From a virus (taxonomy: Duplodnaviria > Caudoviricetes), in IMG/VR virus record IMGVR_UViG_3300031953_000001: 64,000 nt of DNA, one strand, 5' to 3'. The position numbers were made by a program, and so were the translations under genes. The notes under the pieces are model-generated. The model did no database searches, was not told the DNA's origin, and saw only the letters and a list, made by a program, of their open reading frames with translations. Numbering within the stretch: the stretch's first letter is position 1; each line of letters begins with the position of its first letter. Of this stretch, positions 45,460 through 54,806 are shown piece by piece.

Positions 45460-45489
45460 AGGGAAAAAAGAGAGGACCGAAGTCCTCTC
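45460..45489 (-). terminator. intrinsic terminator separating the fibre gene from the radical SAM unit
   Basis: Minus strand GAGAGGAC-TTCG-GTCCTCTC-TTTTTT. Confidence 0.85.
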
Positions 45490-45503
45490 GTGTGGGGTGT
45501 GCG

Positions 45504-46961
45504 TTACTGCCACTGAGGCGGCCAAACCTGACGCCAAGTACCGGCCACATACGCTTGCAACGTGCCCGCGGATTCACGCAGCGACAAAGACTCATTGACG
45601 TTCTTCTGAACGTATCTCGCTAGAGTGCCTGTGAGGGTCTCTGTTACATAACTACTGACCAACGCAGGGGTCATGTACCGGTCAGACGCCGTACCCGTAA
45701 GCGCTTCCAGAGAACTGGCTACAGGGAAATTGCTAACCGACCCCAAACCCACTTGCGCCTTAGTGACTTGGTGGGGGTTGCTGGTGTTGCTCACGTGAGC
45801 AGTCAACGGCAGTCCAGCCTGGAACGCAATGGCTTCTTTTACGCGCTGCGGTGTCATGTACCGATCGTTGCGAGTACCTTCCTGAGCATCCAACAAAGAC
45901 CCCAGAGGGTGATTCGCCACCGAACCCAAGCCCACTTGGGTCTTGGTCACCAGATGCGGGTTGTCTTTATTGGCGTCGTGTGCCGCCACCGCGTCTCCAG
46001 CCAACTGATCAATCGCCGCCACCAAACTCGGAGGCGTGATGTACCGATCGGAACGTACCCCTTCAATTGCCTCAGCCGGGGTGGCGTCCAAGTTGTTACT
46101 GAGGTTTCCTAAGCCCACTTGAGCTTTGGTCACCAAATGCGGGTTGTCTGACCGAGCTGTGTGTGCACTCAGATCCACCCCAACCTGACTGGCGATGGCT
46201 TGACGTACCCGATTGGGCGTCATGAACCGAGAGTTGTTCAGACCCTCTTCCGCTTCGAGTTGGGTGGCGTCTCGGTAGTTGGACACCTGAGACAAACCCA
46301 CTTGAGTTTGAGTGACCTGATGTGGGTTGTCGGTGCGGTCGGAGTGAGACTCCAATTGGGTGCGCACTTCTTCAGCCCGGGTCAACGCTAACTGGTATCG
46401 GTCTTCGATCTGTATCCGTATCTCATCGTGCGAGGCCACATCGCCGTACAGAATCGCTTGACGGATCTGATCCAGCTGCTGCACCACGTACTCAAAACCG
46501 TAAATGTCGCCTAAGTCGTGCAGGTGAGGTGAGGGTGGAAACGCGTCTGGCCGTCCCAGCAAATCGCCCCATATGACTTCACGGTCATCGAGGTTCAGGT
46601 TATCAATCAGATCGATAATGACCTGAGTGATGTTGGCGTAGTCGCCTCCCACCACCTGATAGTCAAGAGTGACCTCATCGGATACCGATCCGTCGGTGAC
46701 GATCACCGCCGTGCAAATTTCCTTACCCGAGCGCTCGCTGGGTTCGGCGTAGTACATGATCGGAATGTACTGATCGTTCGGAACCAGCAACGCACCACTG
46801 ATGCCGTCGCGGACCACCAAGGACTCGGTGTAAAAGGCACCGTATCTGGGTACCGCCGCGCGGTTGAGGCCTGGGTGCAACGTGTGCGGTTCCCCAAGAA
46901 GCAAGTTCTCAGGCGAGGTACCCGTTAAGTCTAATGGGTACTTGTTGACGATATCATTCAT
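45504..46961 (-). CDS. tail fibre-like virion protein with NPHxVTxxQVGL repeats
   Basis: Four repeats; N-terminus YPLDLTG.S..NL...E.H homologous to 50718-53399. Confidence 0.8.
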   Translation of the reverse strand: MNDIVNKYPLDLTGTSPENLLLGEPHTLHPGLNRAAVPRYGAFYTESLVVRDGISGALLVPNDQYIPIMYYAEPSERSGKEICTAVIVTDGSVSDEVTLDYQVVGGDYANITQVIIDLIDNLNLDDREVIWGDLLGRPDAFPPSPHLHDLGDIYGFEYVVQQLDQIRQAILYGDVASHDEIRIQIEDRYQLALTRAEEVRTQLESHSDRTDNPHQVTQTQVGLSQVSNYRDATQLEAEEGLNNSRFMTPNRVRQAIASQVGVDLSAHTARSDNPHLVTKAQVGLGNLSNNLDATPAEAIEGVRSDRYITPPSLVAAIDQLAGDAVAAHDANKDNPHLVTKTQVGLGSVANHPLGSLLDAQEGTRNDRYMTPQRVKEAIAFQAGLPLTAHVSNTSNPHQVTKAQVGLGSVSNFPVASSLEALTGTASDRYMTPALVSSYVTETLTGTLARYVQKNVNESLSLRESAGTLQAYVAGTWRQVWPPQWQ

Positions 46962-46987
46962 GGTGACAACCCTTTATCGTTCGAGGA

Positions 46988-47425
46988 TCAAGAAGCATTG
47001 GGGTTAAGTACATCGGCGTCTCCCGAATAATCGGCCAAGTACCTTTGCATACGAGCGCTGTATTCAATGCTGCGGCGTTTATTAAAGCGCCGCCACCCGA
47101 AAGCTCGCACCGCCAAATACATTCCTTTAGCGTACCTATAAGGCACGCCTTCTTCCAACATACACTTATAAAACAGCGCATCCGCGACTCGACGGTCCAT
47201 CTCAGTGACGGAGTACAAAAAGTCGTGGAGCAAGGCGGACCAGCGGGCCCACCCTTTAATCAATGCAAAGAGACCTGGGATGTGTGGCACGGTGTCCAGG
47301 TCGCTTACAAACCCTCTCGGGATCACATACCCACAACACGTCCAGTCCTCATTAACCACCCAGTAGTGGCGCTGAGGCAGAGGACTCATTGACGGTAATT
47401 GTAAGTAGTTTTTGACTTCGGACAT
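46988..47425 (-). CDS. DUF1353 family protein
   Basis: IPRGFVSD...VP, ALLHDFLY, ADALF...M..GV....MYLAVRAFG. Confidence 0.8.
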   Translation of the reverse strand: MSEVKNYLQLPSMSPLPQRHYWVVNEDWTCCGYVIPRGFVSDLDTVPHIPGLFALIKGWARWSALLHDFLYSVTEMDRRVADALFYKCMLEEGVPYRYAKGMYLAVRAFGWRRFNKRRSIEYSARMQRYLADYSGDADVLNPNAS

Positions 47426-47520
47426 ACCCCGTCCCTTCTTACTGTTTGGATAAAGTGTCGGTGTTACTCATAAAGATATCGCCGATCCCAAGTCCGTAGC
47501 TTTAAGCCAAGACATCGACT

Positions 47521-48120
47521 TTACCCGGGTGCTGAGACCAAACGCATATTTTCCAACTCAGCTACGGCCTGGTTGTATACAAGACGTACTTCCTCGTAAG
47601 GCACAAGCATCAGGTCTCGTTTGGCCTTCAATCGAATGCGGCGGATGGAGCTGATGGCCTGGCGATACATGTTGATCGCCGATTTGATGTCGTTGGTGGT
47701 CCACACCAAATCCTTCCCCGTCACTTCTTGCCAAATAGCAACGTCGGGCGGAACGTCGTCGGTGGGTTTGCCTTTCTTTTCCCATTTATCCAATTCGGTT
47801 TCAACTTGAAGGTACTCTATGTCGATGGTGGCAAACCCGACCTCCATGTGGGAGCGACGGATCTGATCGGCCAACAGATCGATTTTCATCTGGAACTCGG
47901 ATCTTTGTGTGGCCCAAACGCCGTTGGTGAGTTCGGCTTTCCATCCCCCTCGGGCTTTGATCTTAACCAACTCCACTTCTTCCGGAACCAACTCAACCAT
48001 GTCCACATCGAGGCTCTCAACCGCCGAGTAAGCGATCTCGACGCCGTCGCCGTTTCTCACCACCAAAGTCACGTTGCCGCGATAGTCTTTTGCGTCCTGC
48101 ATTGGGTATTTAACAAACAC
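47521..48120 (-). CDS. putative tail fibre assembly/accessory protein
   Basis: ID..ADQIR...EY...VP..V..W....IRRIRL.AK pattern seen beside phage fibres. Confidence 0.5.
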   Translation of the reverse strand: MFVKYPMQDAKDYRGNVTLVVRNGDGVEIAYSAVESLDVDMVELVPEEVELVKIKARGGWKAELTNGVWATQRSEFQMKIDLLADQIRRSHMEVGFATIDIEYLQVETELDKWEKKGKPTDDVPPDVAIWQEVTGKDLVWTTNDIKSAINMYRQAISSIRRIRLKAKRDLMLVPYEEVRLVYNQAVAELENMRLVSAPG

Positions 48121-48130
48121 AATCGATACC

Positions 48131-48619
48131 TCACGGTTGAGTAGGTTTCAAGTATTTTAAAGCCACTATGCCGTAGTAGTCGGATCGATCCGATTGCGTG
48201 TGCATAATGATCTCGGTGTTAGATAAGTAGATCGCTACTTGACTGCCGACTATTTTCCCGCCTTGGAAGTCAAGTTCGCTGGTGTGGGGCAATGACCCTG
48301 TATCGCCGTTGGTGGGGTTGTAAAAGAATGAGTTACCGCTGTCGATCCAACGTTCCCCCACGGTGCCCCAATGATTTAAAATGGTCTGACCGAGCAAATA
48401 CACTTTGGTACTTTGATTGGGCAGAACGCCAAAGTTAACAACGACTGCCCAAACATCGTTTCCATCGATGCTATGTCCTGTAAAAAAAGGAACGTTGTAA
48501 TCGATAGAATTGGCACTTAACAGATCGGCGGAGGTGAGGAAGTTTTGCTTCAAACCGCTTGTAAAACTTTGAATGCTGGTTTGTAATGCGGTGAGTTCAT
48601 TAAGGTACGGACTTGCCAT
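48131..48619 (-). CDS. hypothetical (fibre-associated) protein
   Basis: GGAGG RBS, 162 aa. Confidence 0.6.
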   Translation of the reverse strand: MASPYLNELTALQTSIQSFTSGLKQNFLTSADLLSANSIDYNVPFFTGHSIDGNDVWAVVVNFGVLPNQSTKVYLLGQTILNHWGTVGERWIDSGNSFFYNPTNGDTGSLPHTSELDFQGGKIVGSQVAIYLSNTEIIMHTQSDRSDYYGIVALKYLKPTQP

Positions 48620-48634
48620 GGTTGCCTCCCTTGG

Positions 48635-48664
48635 CCGAATAAGGGAGGGGATTCCCCTCCCTTA
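48635..48664 (-). terminator. hairpin + TATTCGG element
   Basis: TAAGGGAGGGG-att-CCCCTCCCTTA. Confidence 0.7.
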
Positions 48665-48698
48665 CGGTCTTATGGTCCCATAGGACCGGTTACATCAC

Positions 48699-49853
48699 TT
48701 AGGCAGCGTTCAGGCTGGCCAATGCGTCGTTAAACGCAGTTTCCAGAGACGTCAGCGCCAAAGCAGTGTCGGCTTCCATTACATCACGGACGCCTTTAAC
48801 ACCAGCTGGTGTCACGAACAGGTTGGTTGCAGTGCCAGTAACGGTTTCAGCAACAGTCGCGCTGGCAAAGTTATCAACCAGATCCAGACCAACGTCTGAT
48901 TTGGTCAGTGCCGCTACAGCCGCGTCGATGTCGGCTTGAGTTGCCTTGGCATCGATGTTGGACTGAAGGCCTTGAGCCACAGCGTCGGTGTGTGCTTTAA
49001 CCAGAGCAGGCGTTACGTACTTGTCGGTAACCAGACCGGCAACCGCTTCAGGAGCTGTTGCAATGCCGAAGTTCTCAACCAGACCCAGACCGATGTCTGC
49101 TTTTGTCAATGCCGCGATGCTGGCATCGATGTCCGCTTGATCGGCTTTAGCGGCGATCATGTTGGTCAGGTTGTCGATGATGTCTGGGTTGTTTTCCAGA
49201 GCAGCGGCCAGTTCAGCGATGGTGTCCAGAGTGCCTGGAGCGCCGCCGACTTTCTGTGCCCAGAATACGTCCAGTACGTTCCACAGTACGGTCGGGGTCA
49301 AGAAACGGTCGGTAGTAACCGCACGGATACTAACGATGTCGTTCAGCAGCGCGCCGTTCACCAGAGTGATGGTGTCGTTCGGTACGTCTACGGTGTAGTC
49401 AGACTCAGCAACGCGGTTGCCGTTGATTTCAACGTAAACCACCGCAGTGTCTTGCAGCTCAAGTACGGCAGTCGCATCGTCAGCACCGGTAAACACGGTT
49501 TGATCAGCGGTGGCGGTGTACGTAAAGCCGGCACCCGAAGCTTCCACATCGGAGGCGGTGGCAAAGTTATCAACCAGACCCAGACCGATTTGCTCAGCGG
49601 TAACCATATGCGGGTTATCGCGACGGGCAATGAAATCATCCAGTGACGTTTGAACGTCTTGAATGGTCAGGCCAGTAGTACCAGCGATCAGCTCAACCAC
49701 TTCGTTCAGCGTTAGGCCTTCAAGTTTACCGGAGTTCTCTGCGTACGTAGCGCTGTCGGCATTCGCAGCGGTGGCATCCAGTTTGGTTTTCAGTTCAGCA
49801 GCAAATGCTAGGATCGCATTACGTACTGCAGTGTTTTGAGTATCGTACGACAT
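48699..49853 (-). CDS. fibre-like virion protein
   Basis: NPHMVTAEQIGL, GAPGTLDTIAELAAAL, repeated LTK.D+GL..V.N; YTATADQT.F...NG...DYT module. Confidence 0.75.
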   Translation of the reverse strand: MSYDTQNTAVRNAILAFAAELKTKLDATAANADSATYAENSGKLEGLTLNEVVELIAGTTGLTIQDVQTSLDDFIARRDNPHMVTAEQIGLGLVDNFATASDVEASGAGFTYTATADQTVFTGADDATAVLELQDTAVVYVEINGNRVAESDYTVDVPNDTITLVNGALLNDIVSIRAVTTDRFLTPTVLWNVLDVFWAQKVGGAPGTLDTIAELAAALENNPDIIDNLTNMIAAKADQADIDASIAALTKADIGLGLVENFGIATAPEAVAGLVTDKYVTPALVKAHTDAVAQGLQSNIDAKATQADIDAAVAALTKSDVGLDLVDNFASATVAETVTGTATNLFVTPAGVKGVRDVMEADTALALTSLETAFNDALASLNAA

Positions 49854-49976
49854 AGAGGATCATCCTTCAATTGGTTAACGTAGAAGTTACTACTTACGAA
49901 GCGCTTCGATGCGATGTTGATGGTGAAGTCTTGATTTTCACTTCTCCATACCATCGGTAATAAATTACAGCAATTA

Positions 49977-50654
49977 TTACTTAGTCAAAGAGGCGATGAC
50001 GTGGGCCTGTACTTCGAGCTGACTAAAATGCTCAACCGCAGACGATATCAAAGCAGAACCTGAGGTGTAGTTGTGGTCACAACTGATGTACCGATCTTGA
50101 TAATCCAAGTCGTGTTCAGAGATACCCCGGTTGTCAGTGATCTCACCTTGATACCGAACCGCCGCCCGACGTTCGCTATGATTACCGCTGGCGTCCACCT
50201 CAATGTGTCTAAGGTGATGGACCTTACTCACTTGAAGCAGCGTGGTCTCATTCATTATGTATCGGCGGGTAGCGGTGTTCTCACGCATCAATCGAGAAAA
50301 GCTCAACTCACGCCCAACCCCAGACTCACCTTTCAACACAGACGCATAGAAATGCCGCCGAATCTGATTCATGAGATCGTCGATATCGATCTTAAGTGTG
50401 CCGATCAGATAACTGAATGATCGAGCTCCACTGTAAGGCGATTGATAGTCCTTGGCTTCAGCCCAGGCCTCAGACGTTTGCGGTTGCACAATGCCTTCGA
50501 TGAATTGCATTTGATACGTCACGACCCTATACCGCACCGGCGGTGGGGCAGAATAGATTCGAACGTTGACCGGTTTACAGAACGCCTGCGTGGCGGTTGA
50601 TCGACGGGCATTAAAGCCAGAGCATAAGAATGCCCCCGACATGCTATCGCTCAT
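49977..50654 (-). CDS. hypothetical jumbo-phage (probably virion) protein
   Basis: AGGAG RBS before ATG 50654; within the structural block. Confidence 0.6.
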   Translation of the reverse strand: MSDSMSGAFLCSGFNARRSTATQAFCKPVNVRIYSAPPPVRYRVVTYQMQFIEGIVQPQTSEAWAEAKDYQSPYSGARSFSYLIGTLKIDIDDLMNQIRRHFYASVLKGESGVGRELSFSRLMRENTATRRYIMNETTLLQVSKVHHLRHIEVDASGNHSERRAAVRYQGEITDNRGISEHDLDYQDRYISCDHNYTSGSALISSAVEHFSQLEVQAHVIASLTK

Positions 50655-50717
50655 GTGCGCTCTCCTAAAATACAAGGATAAACACGGGTGGGAACCTCCA
50701 CCCGCGCGTTGTGCAGT

Positions 50718-53399
50718 TTAATCAATTGACAGATACAAGACACCTTCTGGTCCTGCGGTCTGCCAACCTAGCTGAGACGCACCCAGAGCACTCAAGATGA
50801 CGTTTTCGGGCGTGGTGGGAACTGTGTTCCAGAACCGACCGCCGTCGATGCTACGAATGACGGTGTTGGCTTCGGTTAAGGCGCCCCACAACCCAAATTC
50901 GTCAATCACCAAATCCTTCAACTGAGCGGTGTGTGCCAAGAGTTGCCAACCGTTGTTGACCGGACTGTATCGGTGATGCGCTCCCCCGACATCCACCGCC
51001 ACTACGTGACCCTCAGCGTCCGACCCTACGTGGGCGTAAGCTTCAGTGGCTGGCACTTCTGGAACCATAACCCCACCCAGAACATCGCTCCAACTAAAGA
51101 TCCCCGCTACTGTGGCCATGTAATAACTGCCAGCCGCTACCAAGGTGGCATCGGTGACGTCAGGAAACGCACTCAGATCAACTCCAGCGTTAAAGGTTAG
51201 ACCGCCGTCGGTTGATTCTCGAAGGGTTTGAACACCCACCAAAGTAACGACTTGATTGTGATCGGTGACCATAGCGACCACTGGAAACAGAGGCTCGCTG
51301 CTGAGGTCGACTTCAGACCAGGACGCCCCGGCATCGATGGATCGCCACAGACGACCTGAGACGGTCGTCAATAGATAGACATCGCCAGTGAGGTACTTGA
51401 TCTCAGAGACGGTTTCAGTGATGCCCACGTTGACCTGAGACCACCCCAGACCATTGTTGGTGCTACGTGCAATCAGTCCGTTGGTGCCACCCACTACCCA
51501 GCGGCTGCTGCTATCCCCGTCAATGCTTTGAACCACGTCCGTAGGTTGAGTAAAGACCCCCGACAAATCCCCAGACTCAAAGCGGATCACGTGCTTCCCA
51601 CTCAGGTCCCACATGCTGTCTTCGAACGCAGTGGTAAGATTCTGGTTAAGGATGACGATCTCTTCGTTGGTCACGTAGATCTGTTCGATGTCCAACGTGA
51701 TGGAATCCAAAAGATCCGGTAAGGTGAGTCCCGCAAACAACGCGCTGTTGGCCGCGGTGTCGTTGATGCTCAGTTTACCCAACAGCAAGGTGTCGATATC
51801 GCTTGCCGCATAACCGCCCACTTGATCGATGGTAACCTGATGTGGGTTGTTCAGATCCGATACGTGTTCGGTCAGAGTCGTCCCATTGTTGGTTTGAGTG
51901 GTTTCCAACTCGTTCAGTCGATTGCCCAGGTTCCCGTAGGAACTGCTGACGTAGGAATCGATTGCTGACCTCACCGTCTGTGGGGTCATAAACCGATCGC
52001 CCCTCAGTCCATCATTAGCTTCCACGGCTGTGGCGGTGGCGTAGTTGCTCACCAGACCCAAACCGACTTGCGCCTTGGTGACGTTGTGGGGATTGGCGTC
52101 ACTGTTGATGTGACTTCCCGCCACGTCGCCAACCAACTCGTTGATGCTCAACCGCACCAAATACGGCGTCATAAACCGATCGATGGCGGTGGCGTCTCGG
52201 GCTTCGACTTCACTGGCGGTGATGAAATTATCCACACCACCCAAACCCACTTGCGCCTTAGTCACCTGATGAGGATTGGTGTAGTCGCTTATGTGCTCGC
52301 CTAATGGCCCTGAGGCCATGTCCTCAACCAACATCTTGGTATGGTACGGCGACATAAAGTAACTGGGTGAGTTCCCCGCTACGGCAATCGCGTTGCTGGC
52401 CATGGGGTAATTGGGTACCGACCCCAAACCCACTTGTGCGGCGGTGGTGCTGTGGGGGTTGTCTTGACTGTTGACGTGGTCCCCAACTCCCGTGCCTATC
52501 TTCTCATTCATCAATACCGTGACGCTTGCAGGCGTCATGTAATGCGCCTCAGAGACGCCGTCGCGAGCAGTCACATCATCCGCAGGCGGATAGTTGACTA
52601 CATTGGACAAACCGATCTGAGCCTTAGTGACTTGGTGAGGATTCTCCAGGTCGTCGGCGTGCGCGCCGTACGCATCGGCCACTTGATCGGCGATCGCGGT
52701 TTTAACCGCGCTGGGCGTCATGTACCGATCGTTACGATCGCCCTCACGGGCTTCGTTGATACTGGCTATGGGGTAATTGGACACCAGCGCCAGACCGACT
52801 TGCGCTTTAGTGACGTTGTGAGGATTGGTGTAATCGGTGAGGTGATCGCCGACCACGTTCTCACCGCTGCCGGCGGTTTCAATCGCTGCGCGAATAGCGT
52901 CCAACGAATCGTTGACTTCAGCCATGCCCACCAGATCGGTGAGGTTCCACTCGTGATCGATCACCGGGAAAGTGGCTGGTTGTTCGACCACTTGCTCCCA
53001 GGTGGTGACCCGAGGGTTGCTCATGGCGTTGGCCAACATCTCAGCCGCGGCTTCTTCGTTGATGGTCCAAGGACCGCCCAAGGTCTGATAGGTGACTTCC
53101 ACCACGCCGGTTAAGTCTCGATCGTACAGTGAGATGGCCCCATAGATCGGCTTAGCCGTTGCTCGGGAGGCACTCAGGAACTGATAACCCAGAACGTAAT
53201 CGACGCCATCAACCAACTGCTGTCCGCTAGGCCAGTGGGTGATGATTAGGTTTTCTTTAAAGAACGGACCAGCCAGAGGCACAACGAAATAATAGTCGTT
53301 GTAGTCTGGGGGATTGATAACGTGACGTTCATTTTGAATCAGGTTACCGCTCGCCTGACCTGTAGGATCAAACGGATAAGCGTACTGTTGTTCACTCAT
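50718..53399 (-). CDS. tail fibre-like protein with six NPH repeats and a C-terminal BNR/beta-propeller domain
   Basis: NPHxxTxxQ(V/I)G x6; RSTNNGLGW, RSIDAGASW, ESTDGG, RSIDGGRFW Asp-box motifs. Confidence 0.82.
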   Translation of the reverse strand: MSEQQYAYPFDPTGQASGNLIQNERHVINPPDYNDYYFVVPLAGPFFKENLIITHWPSGQQLVDGVDYVLGYQFLSASRATAKPIYGAISLYDRDLTGVVEVTYQTLGGPWTINEEAAAEMLANAMSNPRVTTWEQVVEQPATFPVIDHEWNLTDLVGMAEVNDSLDAIRAAIETAGSGENVVGDHLTDYTNPHNVTKAQVGLALVSNYPIASINEAREGDRNDRYMTPSAVKTAIADQVADAYGAHADDLENPHQVTKAQIGLSNVVNYPPADDVTARDGVSEAHYMTPASVTVLMNEKIGTGVGDHVNSQDNPHSTTAAQVGLGSVPNYPMASNAIAVAGNSPSYFMSPYHTKMLVEDMASGPLGEHISDYTNPHQVTKAQVGLGGVDNFITASEVEARDATAIDRFMTPYLVRLSINELVGDVAGSHINSDANPHNVTKAQVGLGLVSNYATATAVEANDGLRGDRFMTPQTVRSAIDSYVSSSYGNLGNRLNELETTQTNNGTTLTEHVSDLNNPHQVTIDQVGGYAASDIDTLLLGKLSINDTAANSALFAGLTLPDLLDSITLDIEQIYVTNEEIVILNQNLTTAFEDSMWDLSGKHVIRFESGDLSGVFTQPTDVVQSIDGDSSSRWVVGGTNGLIARSTNNGLGWSQVNVGITETVSEIKYLTGDVYLLTTVSGRLWRSIDAGASWSEVDLSSEPLFPVVAMVTDHNQVVTLVGVQTLRESTDGGLTFNAGVDLSAFPDVTDATLVAAGSYYMATVAGIFSWSDVLGGVMVPEVPATEAYAHVGSDAEGHVVAVDVGGAHHRYSPVNNGWQLLAHTAQLKDLVIDEFGLWGALTEANTVIRSIDGGRFWNTVPTTPENVILSALGASQLGWQTAGPEGVLYLSID

Positions 53400-53516
53400 G
53401 TGACGATCCTTTAGAGTAAAAGGAGTGAAATCCTATAGAGAAGCTTCTATATTTGCCATATCATTTAACCGATGCTCCGCAGCCTCTGTGGGGTCAGACC
53501 ATCAAGGAGACGCTGC

Positions 53517-54755
53517 ATGTCCTATAGCTACGTGAAAGCTATCGTAAAATCGAAAGGTCGCGGAGAGCGCTGGCGTGAGGAAGACGTGCGCGGCATGACG
53601 TTGGCTTCCCTGTTAAACAACCACGTAAACGGCCGCATAGAACTGACCCACCCCGTCTTAACCGAGCCGCAAACCTTAACCCTAGACACCATGCGCCCTT
53701 TGGTGGGCGCGTTGAATGTTACGGTCGAGGAGTGGCTGGTGAGCTTAGGCGATCGGAGTCTTCCAACCACGACGGGTTCGGTGGCCTTGAACACCAAAAC
53801 GGCGACCAACATCGATGCCTGGATGGCTGGGTTTGATGTGGAGCCTGCACGAATGGGTTCTCACCCCGACAACGTTTGGGGAAAAGAGCAGATGGTGGAC
53901 CTGTTACTGACCCGCGATGCAACCGACTACGACGACCTCTATCGTCATTGTCTGGTCACCGTCAACGGCTTGGTACATCGCACCTCCGCCTCAGAGGCCG
54001 GACTCTACGTGGTAAAAGGCGCCCGCTCGCAAGTGGACAGCAACCAAACCAACGTGGCTTTGACCTCCTTTGCCGACATAGCGCCGTTGCAGTTCGTCGA
54101 TCTGAATCGAGATATGCTGTACCGTCCCAACCCAGAGGTCAAAAGTTATCAGCAAGCGTATTTGAACTTAGGAGTACCTACAGAGAACCGATCGGTGCTG
54201 TTGGTGATTGGTGGGTACCTTCATTTGTTGGACGATGTTTATCAATCGATTGGGGATGGATTACTGAAGATCGACTTTAACGCTTACCCGATGGTCCAGC
54301 GGTATTACGAGTCACGCACGTTGATCGATCTGAGCACATTGCCGCTGTCGACCTTTGATCAGAACGAAAGCCAACGCGACGTCAACGAGTTGATTCGCTC
54401 AGAGGCCACCATCGAAGCGCTGTTGGATCTGGATGAGACTTTCGCCGTGGTGGTGGCAAGCGACAGTCTGTACGTGGTTAAGCATCAAGTGGAGAAGTCG
54501 GGGTTGGTGGGTACCTTCATCAGTCAAACTCGTCCCCTGTGGCCGCTGCGGACGCAACGCGGAAAGCTTAAAGAGTATTGGGCGTACGAAGACGACGGGT
54601 GTTGGGTGATCAACTGTCAAAGCAACCTGTTGCCTAACTACCAGTTCGAACACACGCACTATGAGACCTTAGCCTCCATTACGGACGCACGTATCCCCAG
54701 TGCCCCTCGCTATCAAGATCGCGGGTTCTTACTGGAAATTGGTAAAGACCTTTAA
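53517..54755 (+). CDS. putative virion structural protein, phiKZ-like
   Basis: CLVTVNGLVH, VLLVIGGYLH, GKLKEYW motifs recalled from jumbo phages; AAGGAG RBS. Confidence 0.6.
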   Translation: MSYSYVKAIVKSKGRGERWREEDVRGMTLASLLNNHVNGRIELTHPVLTEPQTLTLDTMRPLVGALNVTVEEWLVSLGDRSLPTTTGSVALNTKTATNIDAWMAGFDVEPARMGSHPDNVWGKEQMVDLLLTRDATDYDDLYRHCLVTVNGLVHRTSASEAGLYVVKGARSQVDSNQTNVALTSFADIAPLQFVDLNRDMLYRPNPEVKSYQQAYLNLGVPTENRSVLLVIGGYLHLLDDVYQSIGDGLLKIDFNAYPMVQRYYESRTLIDLSTLPLSTFDQNESQRDVNELIRSEATIEALLDLDETFAVVVASDSLYVVKHQVEKSGLVGTFISQTRPLWPLRTQRGKLKEYWAYEDDGCWVINCQSNLLPNYQFEHTHYETLASITDARIPSAPRYQDRGFLLEIGKDL

Positions 54756-54762
54756 TCGACAG

Positions 54763-54806
54763 AACGGCATAAACAGAGGAGGCCCAAAAGGCCTCCTCTT
54801 ATTCGG
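54763..54806. terminator. bidirectional hairpin with TAT(G/T)C(C/G)G on both sides
   Basis: AGAGGAGGCC / GGCCTCCTCT; TATTCGG on +, TATGCCG on -. Confidence 0.75.
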
